Positions 40,290 through 51,887 of a stretch of DNA of 64,000 nt are shown piece by piece (positions within the stretch are counted from its first letter, which is position 1; each line of letters opens with the position of its first letter). The DNA lies in the NCBI GenBank assembly GCA_002189035.1, contig CM007989.1, positions 5,518,001 through 5,582,000 on the forward strand. Direction: 5' to 3'. This DNA is from Utricularia gibba. Taxonomy: Eukaryota; Plantae; Magnoliophyta. Both the position numbers and the translations under genes were made by a program. The notes below the pieces were generated by a model that was not told the DNA's origin, did not search any database, and worked only from the letters and a program-made list of their open reading frames with translations.

Positions 40290-42206
40290 GATCATCAACA
40301 TTTACCTTCATCTTTTGAGTAGTAGCAATAGCATGAGAGCATGAAACACCATACTTAATTCACTTTCTGCAACTACAAGTTTGATCACAAAGAATCACTC
40401 TGTAGCAATAGCGTCTCCCTTTTCCATGGCTGAAGACTTCAATCTCGAATTGGCACACCTGGTGTGTCTTGACTCGTTTCATGCTCTTTTCCAAAAACGT
40501 TTTGTCTCCTCTAAGAGAGCTTGCGTGCATCGATAACAAGTGTTATACATAAAGTAAAATAATAAAACATTAAAAATACTCAAAATTAAATAACCTCAAA
40601 CATAATACATGGTGGTTTTCTGTCATCGAGGTGATCTCCTCTTTACGCTCGTGGAGGATGGTAGCTAACTTGTACACCGTAGTCTCAACAATTGTATCTG
40701 AAGGAAACCGACGGCAAACCTTGAGAACGTTGTTCATGATCTCTGTTGCATTAGAAGTTAGATTCCCGTAGCGTCTGCCAAAATCATATGAGAGTGCGCA
40801 TCTCTCATATGGACCATTTTCCGGCTCAAAAACCAAGCATAAGCCATCGGATTTTTCTTTTGAATCCTTTCGAGGTACATCATCATCTTTCTTGGATCAC
40901 ATGTTGCTCCGGCGTTGTAAGCCATTTGCTTCAGTATTTTGCTTCCAAACTTCTTGTTGAAGTTGGAAACATAATGATGCAAACACCAAAAGTGGGCTAG
41001 ACGGCCTTCTTGAAACCCAGCATAATTCCTCATAGCTGCAAGGATGCCTGCAGCTCTCTCCAAGATTATACTACCCTGGCCTTGACAAAAAAATGCTCAT
41101 CTAGCAAATCAATAAACCAAAGATATGCATCTCTACTCTCCTCATCGACGAATGCATAGGCTAACGGTAAGATGTGACCACCTTGATCCTTAGTAGTGGC
41201 CACGAGCAACTTGTGGTCATAACGTCCATATAAAAAGGTGGCATCGACCATAACAACAGGCCTACAAAACTTGAATGCTCCAATAAAGGGACCGTAGGCC
41301 CAAAAAAAACATAGTGCATGATTTTATGATCCTCTCCTACAATAGTGGGAAAGCAGTCCCACGAGACCACTATACCCGGATTGGCTTGCGTGATTGACAG
41401 AAATAATGCAGGTAGTTTTTGTATTGATGATTCCCATGTTCCATAGACCAACTCAAAAGCAAGTTGAGCACCGTACCATGCACGTTCATAAGTAATCTTC
41501 TTTTGATATTTCTCAAAAATACATTTTCGAGCATCTACAACCTTAATCTCTACAAAAAAGAAAAGTTATTAAAAATATAAACTATGTTAAAAAAATTAAG
41601 AAATATTTAAACTATACCTCCTTCTCTATATGCAGTATGCATAAGTTCATATCCAATGAATAAACCAGAAAGGTTGTGATGTTGCGCTCCATCCATATAT
41701 GCCATGCAAGTATGTGGAAAGTCACAGACCGATACTTGCCAAACTCCATTATGTGTAGATCGCATAATCCTTATGCGCCAATAACACTTAGGATCCATGT
41801 TAGCACGAGCACATTTGCCCTCCCAGAATGTGGGCTGACTAACAAGAACGTTGAATTCATATCCTCGTTTTATATGATAGTGGGCAACACAATATTGGGA
41901 ATGAACTTTATTAGTAAATGCAATTCCCTTATTCAGCACATGTACCTTCTCATCGTATCGCCTATATTTGCCACCATATTTAAATTCTTCGGATACGAAA
42001 GTGTTTACCGGATTGTTTTGGATAGAGGGTATTCCTCCCTCATGAAACACCCCAAAGAATCGTCGAGAGCGAGATCCAGGCAATTGTACTGCACGAGGTG
42101 CCTCAATTCCGGTCTCTGGTGCTTCGTCCTCACAAACATTTGTTGGTGGGGCTTCAGAATCCTCACTCGAGTCGGTGTCTCCACCGTCATCATCAAGGTC
42201 GACCAT
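40290..42206 (-). pseudogene. MuDR/MURA-type transposase pseudogene
   Basis: MuDR DNA-binding region (CYWRIRIMRS...HTC); MULE domain VDATFLYGRYDHKLLVA...ILPLAYAFVDEESRDAYLWF and HFWCLHHYVSNF; NLTSNATEIMN; SWIM finger CSCRK*...VSCSHAIA at ~40335-40395. Confidence 0.9.
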
Positions 42207-43250
42207 ATCTTAAAAAAACAATTAATGATAATAATTTCATATATTAAGACTTAATCTCACTAAAATTAACTTCTATGAGGAATCCTTCAGCCACGTTCAC
42301 ACTTGAACTGTTATCATGGTTTAAAAATAATAATAATTGAAGACTCGGAGATATACCTACAATACAATTAATTATTACAAATATAAAAAAAAATGGATGT
42401 CTTAACATGTGTAATAAAATAAGTAACTCCATAATTAACATTTGGCATATTGGTGCAAGGCCATGAAGGAGTATGCGAACTTTCACCCTCATTGTAGAGC
42501 AAATCGGATGACATTCCCAAAAAATCAAAAAAATCGCTAGTATATTTATCCATTCTGAAATGGTAAAACAAATATATGTAATCAATTATTATGAAATATA
42601 AAAATTTTAAATAAATAATACTATAAAATGATAAAACGATATTACCAAAATTTTCTTCAACTCCGATTCTACTTAATTTTGAAGATGAATGAAAAAATTT
42701 GTGAAGATGTGAGATATATATAGAAGGAGAAGTATGAGCTTAGCAAATCTAAAACACCATCACGTATGGTGCCTTATCTAAGGCACCATCACAAACGGAG
42801 TCTTACCTAAGGCGCCATCAATGATGGAGCCTTCTCTAAGGTGGCATCGCTGATGGCGCCACTCATTGCAAATATCAAAGCGCCACTACTAGTGGCGCAT
42901 AACATTATTAATATAATGATTTTAATAAACAATATTATTTATATTGATTTTTCCAAGAAAAGTCACACGATACATTATTTCAATGGTCATAAATCTAACT
43001 GTTAGATTCATGGTGTATTATAAATATGAGTAGGAACACTTAGAAACGCAGATTGATTTCTATAAAAAGGTGAACACAATATTTCTTCCTCAAAACCTTC
43101 ATAAGAGAGCTTCAAGGTCGGAGGCTTCAATCAAACCAGGCTTCAAGGTCAAAACATCCACTCCTTTCACATTCCTGATTACGAATTTACATCATAACAT
43201 TGAGATAAAAAATCTACACATAAAAAGAAATATCCGTAGAGGTGTTGACG

Positions 43251-44015
43251 TTACAAAGTGAGGCAGTAACGCAGCCCCCCATCTGAAGCTGGGGCGAGGC
43301 CCAGCGCAGTCTCCACGTCCATCCTCCATGCCAGCCACGGCTTCTCCATCCGCCACACATCGCACGCCAATACTTTATTCCACTTATGCCCTCCCTTCGT
43401 ACGCTGACTCATCCCTACCCTGCACGTGAAACCAGGGGCGTTCTCGGGAATCCCGTTTCTTATCACCAGCACCACACTCCCGCTCCCAATCGTTCTTCGG
43501 TACGCTTCGTTAACCCACACCACGTTGTTCATGCCGTCCGTTATGAATCCCGGACACGTGTCAGCATCCAGACTCCGTATTCTGTCCGTGTCCCGCACCA
43601 CTGCACCGCCACCCTCGAACGAGTCCCTCACGCGTTCCGCGATCATGGTCGTTTCGATTACTCTTCTGGTATCCGGGTTTTCGCCGTAAACGACACCGTT
43701 TTCATCTTTTACGGACACGCCAGCCTTTGCTTTCGTCCTGGGTCGCCCCGGTAATTGCTGGAGTGCCTCCCACGACGGCAACCGGAAGTTGTTCTCCGAT
43801 CTACTGCCGATGGTCTTCCTCCTCTGCCTACTCCGTATCCTACCGCTGCCGCATCTTCTTTTGATTCTCCATCGGTGTTTCAGCTTATCGTCGATTGCTG
43901 CGGCCATCGGTGGATGTATTCCAGCGCCAGCGGGCTTGGGCGCGATGGGGCGGAATCTGAGCATGATGCGGTCGAGGTCTGGGACGCAGTCAGTATAGGT
44001 TTCAGTTTTCCTCAT
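43251..44015 (-). CDS. AITR/DIG-family (ABA-induced transcription repressor-like) protein, 254 aa, single exon
   Basis: The ORF-track start at 44078 is GTG; the first ATG is at 44015. It has DRIMLRFRPIAPKP, CPGFITDGMNNVVWVNEAYRR and C-terminal CDVWRM..WLAWRMDVETALGL, which I recognise from this family. Confidence 0.8.
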   Translation of the reverse strand: MRKTETYTDCVPDLDRIMLRFRPIAPKPAGAGIHPPMAAAIDDKLKHRWRIKRRCGSGRIRSRQRRKTIGSRSENNFRLPSWEALQQLPGRPRTKAKAGVSVKDENGVVYGENPDTRRVIETTMIAERVRDSFEGGGAVVRDTDRIRSLDADTCPGFITDGMNNVVWVNEAYRRTIGSGSVVLVIRNGIPENAPGFTCRVGMSQRTKGGHKWNKVLACDVWRMEKPWLAWRMDVETALGLAPASDGGLRYCLTL

Positions 44016-44112
44016 CGAGATTTGCGGGGAGATCTGATCTGGTGAACAGAAGGGAGAGTGTTGTTTATTGCAAAGCACAAGGGGGGTGGAGATGAAGGGA
44101 GCAAAGAGTGCA

Positions 44113-44650
44113 ACGTGGTAAGATCCCCGGTGGGGTTTGGAGACACCTCGCCTTCATGTCCCTGTGTTGGGATATAGAAAGATACGAGATCGGGGACAGG
44201 GTGACACGTGTGTCGTCCAACCAGGGTGAAACTACCCAAACCTAAAGACCACACGCACATGTTAAATGATTTTTGTACCAAAAACCAGCACAGTGCTGCA
44301 TATGCTGGCGATTCCCTGATTGTTATAATAAAAAATACAGAGCCAGCAGTCTGTATTATAGTCAAAAGATGGGATAAGATGAGAACTAGTAGCATAACGA
44401 GGGTGGGAGGGGTTGTAAGGAAAACATGGGTAGCCAAGTGCTAGGGGCGATAGAATAATTTCATTTGAAAGGTGGTGAATTGTGATTGGTAGAGGAGACA
44501 TGTGGGTCCCGATGTGGATCATCTGAATGAAGCAGCCAATAGGGGAAGGAGCACGTCCCCGGTCGTGGGCCCACCAATTGACGACAATCACGAGCAATGG
44601 TTATGCTCCATTATTAAAATCAGCGACTCCTTAACTTTTCGACACGTGGC
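44113..44650. promoter_or_regulatory. ABRE/G-box cluster plus two class I TCP motifs upstream of the AITR-like gene
   Basis: ACGTGG 44113, CACGTG 44205, CACGT 44552, GACACGTGGC 44641; GTGGGTCC 44502 and palindromic GTGGGCCCAC 44565. Confidence 0.6.
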
Positions 44651-46725
44651 CTAACACTCTTTTTTCGTTAAATTAAAACAAAAAAGCATGGGTAGGCAAG
44701 TATTTGTATTACTGATCATCTATTTATATTGAAATTCTAGATAGGGCCTCAAAATTTATTTTAAAAAATAGTTGCATTCTCTATACTTATTTAAAAAAAT
44801 GAATTATTTCATAAACTACAATGACATATCAATGAATTTTATGAATTAATGTATTTTTTAAAATGTGTATTTCCAAAATTAAGTATAATTACATCATTTT
44901 TCGTATTTAATATCACAGTATTATATAATATATTGTAAAATGTCTAATTTTCATTATTGAATCATCTTATATGTTACGATCACAAAAGATAAATTCATAA
45001 CATTCTAACTAGTCATATAACGGAAGAGTGCTATAACAATTGTATAATTAAAGAAAAAGAATTATACTTATTTTTGGAACTTGAAAATAATTTTTCGAAA
45101 TAACATAAAATCGTAGTTGTTTTAATATAAACATCGTAACTTATTTTTCCATTAGAATTTTTATGTAGCGTAAGAAATTTCAGAAAGTAAACATCTTCAA
45201 AATCACATTAAAAGTAAAAGAAATTAAGCACTAACATTACACTTAAATTTACATAAATAAGTTTAAAAAACAAATAAAACTTCAAAATCAATCATCCTAT
45301 TTATCATGATACCTTAGATTCCAAACTAACTTTGAATATTTATTCACTTTAGGTATTATAATCTTTACCTTCAACTTCTCCTAATTTTTGCAAAACTCAA
45401 AAAATGAGTGAAATAATCCTAAATTACATCATATATACCCCTTTCTATACCTAATCCATATGGCACACATACAACATGAACAACACAGTGCACTAAAATC
45501 ATCACACTAATTGACTATTTTATAATTCTCCAAATGATTATTAATTTATAAACATTGCAAAACAACGTTTATGGAGGCGGGGTCTCATTTAAATACAATT
45601 ATAACGTTCTTAATGATGATATAATTGACTTTAATTATTAATCGTCTCGGTAGTTTACAAAATATTGTAAATCAAAATCAGATGCGTAAGCATAATTTAA
45701 TGAAAAACATTTTACATTTATTAGATCAAAATATTAAATTATAACAGACGCCTATAATTTAGTTTTTCATGTTTTAATTTTGAATTTTTTTATTAAGTAT
45801 GATGCACCGATGCAATACCAAAAGGAAAAGCACCCATCTTTTATTGATCTCAAGTGATCCATGGAGGGTACCGGTGCAGCCATGGCGGCAACCATTGTTC
45901 CTGTGGTTAAAACTGAAAGGGTTATGATGGCAATATTTTCTGACCAAATAGGCGTTAGGATGGTCAAAGTGATGAAATAAGAATGCAATAATTTGATAAG
46001 ATTGTTTCGGATGAACAACCAAAAAATACGATGGATTTGTACGTGAAATATAAATATGCAAAGCACTAGCACGAAAAAAGAAGATGCAATGCAAAATATA
46101 GAATGCTATTTTGGCAGCTAAAGATAAGTTTTTGAGCCATGAAATACTCTCTTTTTAGACCAATGATGGGGGAAGTCTTATGCTTTTTGTATCATGGTTA
46201 ATTCTTATTCCACTGCTTGTTTTCAATGAGAAATGTACAAAGTAAACAGCCCTTGTGCTAGGCAATGTTAGCATACTAACAAATAGATTTCAATAATTTT
46301 TCTTAATATTACATAAGTGATTGAATAAATAAATTATTTATCAAAAAATAAAAATAAAAATAATACAAATGTATAATATATGTATTATATAATATTGATT
46401 GTACATGAATAAATTACATTTTTGAAAATTTTAGGTAAAAGAAGTGTATAATTAAAAACAAAATATGATGTAAAAAAATTACTTAATTTGCATTTTAATT
46501 AAAATTTTTGTTCAATAATAAGAACAAAATGCAAATCAAACAATAAAAATAAGTTAATTACTAAAGAAAAAACAAAACTAGGGTAAAGCACAAATCTAAT
46601 TTTATAAGTAAGGTATTTACCTATTATCACTGTAGTGATAGGTTCAGTTCAAAATTTATTTGATGTATTTTATTCAGATATGAAGAACTAAATCAGTATG
46701 TACCACATGTAAACAAAATCAGTAA

Positions 46726-47680
46726 GGACGCGTTTGGTTGTTGGGTTTGGTCTAAACCCAGGTTTAGTTTATTTGGATTTAGATAATCCGATTTCATGAG
46801 TTTAGTTTATTTGGGTTTATGATGAATATACGTTTGGTACGTGGGTTTAAAATTGGGTTTGTAATGATTTTCATATAAAATTACCAATACACCCTTTTGG
46901 TTAATTAAAATAAATTATCATATATTTTATTTTTCTATATCATTTTATAAGTTCAATCGAGCACCGCATAGCATAAATTACGGTGCTTAGTTGAAATTTT
47001 ATTTTATAACAAGCACTGAGTAATAATAGACACGGTGCTTGTCTTCAAAACGAAAATTCACATTTTATAGCAAGCATCGGATAATAATAGACGCAATGCT
47101 CGTCTTCAAAACGAAAACTCACATTCAGCACCAAAAATGAAAACTCAGAATATTAGACATGTTATTATTTTCATCTTTATCTTTTTCTTTGTTTTCATCT
47201 TTTTCTTCTTTATTTTCTTCTTCTTCTTATTTCTCTTCTTCTTCTTATTTCTTTCTTCTTCTTCTTCATTTTCTTATTCTTCTTCTTCTTCTTCAACAGA
47301 TTTGAACAGATCTGAACAAATATATTACAGATCTGAATAAATATGCTACAGATATGTAGGAATTTTAACTTTCAAAAAAATTGGTAAATAGATCTGTGCA
47401 TCTGGTTTCTGATAAATCTACGTTCAAATATGGTTCACGTGAGGGCAAAAATGGAAGCGCCGAGTTGGGTTTAGCTAAACCGACCTCCCCCCCCCCTTGG
47501 GTTTAGCTAAACCCAGCTCCATGGGTTCCCACCTTGTTTATGGTCAAAAGGTGGGTTTATTTTTACCCACCTGAAACCCACGAACCAAACGTGTGTTTCA
47601 GGCCTAAACCAAAAGGTGGATTTATATTTATGTCTAAACCCACGCCACAACCCACTTAAACCCAGCAACCAAATGCGCCA
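46726..47680. mobile_element. Non-autonomous PIF/Harbinger-type element (955 bp)
   Basis: TAA TSD at 46723-25 and 47681-83; TIRs ggacgcgtttggttg / caaccaaatgcgcca; internal TTC-rich tract and ~60-bp duplicated units. Confidence 0.82.
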
Positions 47681-47799
47681 TAAGGGAGATGAGTTGGATG
47701 GTTCTGACAACCTGAAAAGTAGGGAACTGTGGTCGTTTTTGGCAGAGTGTGAAAAGTGGTCGACTTGTAGTAATGTCAAAGCAGTTAGTGGTTATCTGT

Positions 47800-48158
47800 A
47801 AGCAAAATCACAATACGACTATCAGGCCAGAAAGTAATCGACATCCATAGAATTCATTTAAATAGGTTTTCACTATAAATATAAGGAAGTTTGAAGAAGA
47901 AATGATTGAACTCTCTAGATTCCTATCTATATTTTTCTCCTCCCGTTTTGTTTTTGAAACCATTCTTCTAGTGAGCTCCGATAGCTGCGTGACTTTTCCA
48001 TCTTATGGTGGTTTTCATGTAAAAACCTTCATGCCTTTATATTTCTTTTATTCTCTACATCGACCCAAAATTGATGTACCACTAGCCGGATTCCATCAGA
48101 CTCCGTTCGCAACTCGGAAACCGGTCAAGTCCAATAGAACCAATTTTCGACCTTAACA
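47800..48158 (+). mobile_element. Tat-family LTR fragment
   Basis: ctataaat, tagtgagctccgatagctgcgtgacttttccatc...tgtaaaaacc and the end aattttcgaccttaaca parallel 36876-37416 and 7961-8577. The left boundary is uncertain. Confidence 0.55.
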
Positions 48159-48329
48159 TTCAGTAATAAATATATTATCATGATCATGATGATTACATTT
48201 TTTATTTTCACAACACCATTTGAATATAGTGAATAAGTTATAATTTTATGATGTTTGTACCCGAATCTCTTAAGACCTAACAAATCAATTCTCTTCCATT
48301 ATTGGTCATCAACACTTTGAATATCAATC

Positions 48330-51000
48330 AAACTTTTAAACACTTTGAAAGTTCAAATACTTATAAAAAACGCTAAAATGTTCAATGCTTTTGATTTATA
48401 GTTAAGTAAATAGACCCAATAAAAGGTGTTCAAAAAGCTCATCAAATACCATTTACTATCAAGGGATTGAGTAGACATTGGTCCACAAATATTAACATGA
48501 GCCAACTCCAATTTTTATGAAGCTCTATAGCTAGTTTTAAGAGAATAGGATGTTTTCTTTAGTTTTCCTCTCAAGCAAATATGACAACGTTGTCCTTCCA
48601 TAGAGCTAATTAATGGAGGATGATCACATTACATTTTCTTTACCATGTTGCTGATGGTTTTGAAGCTATGATAATACATATTTTTGAGTGATTGAATACA
48701 AGGAAATGACTCAAATTGTACTACAAAAATTAAGTTTTACTACCTAGTTCTATATTTTTGCGCATAGTACCATAGTTGTATTATTTTAGTCTTAGTTGGA
48801 ACTAAATCTATGATTTAGTTCTAACCTTACTTTTAATAGTTTTCATTGAGCAATGCAGCACATGTCGACAACATAAATCCCAAAGAGTCGAATATGAACA
48901 GTGTGGTGGCAAACGATGAGGCAAAAGTCTAAAAAAAAGAACACAAAATCCAAGGAGATGAAAAAGGAGGATTTTGGACAAAAAGGAGACAAGATGGAGA
49001 AAGAAAAAAAGATCTCTCACATTGGCGATACACGACACAACTTTCTAGAGAATTTTTCTAGGGGGAAAAAAGAAGGCGATGACAATCTAGAAGAACAAAC
49101 TTCCGTTTTGAAGATTTTCTTTCGTTCTTGATAGACACTGTTCCTAGCTGAGACTAGTTTTAGCTTTACTGTGTGAACCTTTTGTCTTTTCTATTTTTTT
49201 ATGCACTGTTTGTTGTTGTTTAACTTTGAGACCAGAATGTTGTTTAGAATATGCTATAAAAACGTTTTCTTTTCCCTTGTTATGAGTGGCTAAATGGTTA
49301 GAGAGGTGCCTTGGAACCAAAGGGGTATAATGTGCTAATCAATTATTTGACCTTGTGAATCATAGATCACACCATTTTCTTAACAAATCGAGATAGATTC
49401 AGGAGAGGAAAGTAATGAAACCCATCTTAACAACCCTAATTAGAGGTAGATCAAAGATTAGGGGAAAAACAAAAATCCGGATAGACATAGACTTTATTTA
49501 TTAGTTGTTTGATTTATGGTTTGTGTGAGCATGTTTAGTAATAAGTATACATTCTCTAGGAATCCCAAGAAATCACTCGTTTCATTCCAAGAACAATCGA
49601 GTTCTGAAGTTTGTTACTTTTCTTTACTGTATTTTATTGCAATTTTACTTTAGTTCTAGTTAAGATCAAATCTATCAATTTGATACTGATTGCATGCATT
49701 GACTTTCACATAACAAGCACCTAGCTCCTTGTATTCGACCCTAATCCACTATGCTCCTATTTTTCATATGATTTAATATGAATTAGATTTATAAATTTTA
49801 TTTGATAGGAGAAATTTGCAATTCTAACGACGTTGTATAAATTCTTCGTTTATCAAGCTACCATTCCCCAACCGTATGCGCCATTTCCTGTTGTCATTTA
49901 TTGCATCCCTACTGATTTGCAACTTTAATACAGACCACTAAAGTATGTAGTTGGTTAGTGAACTTGGATTTGAGACAGTTTTCATGCTTTAGGGCTTTTT
50001 GATGATGTAGCACCAAATGTGACCGAAGCCTTTTTTACTCATCATCTTGAGACTCAAAAGATTAGGGCTAAGTTTTGGTACAAAATAATCTCCAACATTT
50101 TTATTTCAGCATATGTTTAGATCAATAATGTGTCTTTGACAATACCATTCAACAACTCACCATTTTCGAGCTTAACAGTTGCTACCTTACAATAGTTGAT
50201 ATTTTGGAAAAATTCCTTTTTTTTTCCTCAATGATATGTGGTGAGCATCCAGAGTCTACGAGCTACCCTTCACTCACGCTAAGTGGGGTGTTCATTGCAA
50301 ACAGCTGTAAATAAGGTGCTTGCATTTGCAACATTTAGTATCAAATCTCCAGTTGCAGAATTTTCATATAGAAGTTCTATTGTAGTGCTTGCAACTTGGG
50401 AATGAATTTTTCTCTTTACCCTTCGATTGCTTTTGCTCGCTTTTTCGCCTAACTAGTTTATTAGCAAGTTTGTCATCATTCTTGTTGCCATTTTTGTGAA
50501 CATTTGAAATAGTTATTGTTGTTTCAATAGAGGTATCTCTAACTGTCAAACTACATTCCATGGGTTGAAGTGGGCATAGTGCTCTTGTGATTATAAGATT
50601 TTTGTAATCACTGCTACATTCTAGAGAATGAATTTTAGACTAAAAAACAGAACACCATGTGCATTACCTTTTTCACTTGAGCAAATCCATTCATTTGCTG
50701 GCCTAGCATCCTCAGTTCATTTACGATTCCATAAATGTGTTGATATAAACTTTGATTCTTTCATATGTCATCATTCTCATAGCCGCATATTGTGTCTCAA
50801 GATTTGCTTTTTACATGGCTTTGGCATGCTCATCACCCTCAAACTCGACTTGAAGATTGTTCTAGATCTCCTTGGGTGTTTTACAAGTAAGCATATGAAA
50901 TATAACGGATTTATCCATATTTGAATACTACACAAACTTAACTTGTCCAGCTCTTGAGCTCAATTCTTATATTCGTAGATTCGACCTAAAGATGCATTCC
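48330..51000 (-). mobile_element. Degenerate Ty1/copia fragment (gag, protease, start of integrase)
   Basis: Minus strand: TPKEI*NNLQVEFEGDEHAK (copia gag), VKLENGELL...YFVPKLSPNLLS (protease region), CHICLRGK and KLELAHVNICGPMSTQSL...YWVYLL (integrase). Interrupted by the 48669 solo LTR. Confidence 0.78.
48669..49855 (+). mobile_element. Athila-type solo LTR with perfect TSD
   Basis: TGATA...TATCA termini; AGCTA at 48664-68 and 49856-60; the 3' end (cgacc...ttataaatttt.atttgata...cgac...cgtttatca) resembles the LTR end of the 8930-19679 element. Confidence 0.9.
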
Positions 51001-51887
51001 CCGAAAGCTTCTCAAGAGTTGGGTGTACTAATGATCATATCCTATATCTTCATTTCCTCAAGATATACTAGCATTTATAGTGTCCAAATCTCATTATCAT
51101 AGTCATTAAATTTCCAAACAACGTATGATTGAGTACCATACAGTTTTGCAATGGAAAAAAATGTACAATGATGTGGTCAAAACATAGCGTCGACGCCCCT
51201 TGTCCAAGTGATGAAAGGGGGATGCAATAATCTAATAAGATTATTTGGAAGGAACAGCATAAAAACACGATAGACTTGTTCAAGAAATATATAATTTGCA
51301 AAGCAATTGTACATAAAAAATATACATCACGAAAAAAATAGACAACGCTATTTTAATAACAAAAGAAGAAGAAACTTTTAAACAATACAGTATTTTTTTT
51401 TATCATGGGTACATGATATAAAGACAAAGTACAATATATAAATTAATCCTAACTTAAAAAGTAATAAAACTCGTCCACCAACGCATAAAAGTATTGGTGC
51501 CTTGAATATCTTCAACGATTATTCTGAAAGTTATAAATGAAAGTGAACAACATGGGTATGGTCTATGATACATAGGCTTTAAGATGAATCATCTACTATA
51601 TTACCACAATAAAGAGATATTATAGTGACAAAATACCAACTCGAAATTGTCAAGTGCAAGGAAATAACATGCAGTTTTAATTTTATCAAGATCCTTTTTT
51701 CAACTTGATTCATCATCTCATATGCGTTAGTGGCTGTGATCAGTTTTTGTGCAGTCAATGCAGTCGTCTATTCCTCTGATTTGCTTCTTTTTTTTGTTTT
51801 TTTTTAATTATAAAACTTATTCCGAGGAGGCAAGAATATAAACAAACGAAGCGCACATGAATACTAACCTCACACCTGCATTTGAAA

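Larger units (their letters stand above)
36819..42954. mobile_element. Mutator-like element (MULE) carrying MuDR transposase and a plant mobile domain gene
   Basis: TIRs gaaaaaactaatttgaataatattgg... (36819) and ...caatattatttatattgatttttcc (42954); GGCGCCATCAATGATGGCGCC-like subterminal arrays at both ends; no matching 9-bp TSD found. Confidence 0.82.

Noticed and set aside
43386-44045. Multiple plus-strand ORFs of 70-120 aa
   Set aside because: They are antisense to the GC-rich AITR-like CDS.
47137-47340. Poly-Phe/Ser hydrophobic ORF
   Set aside because: It is a TTC-rich low-complexity tract inside the Harbinger element.
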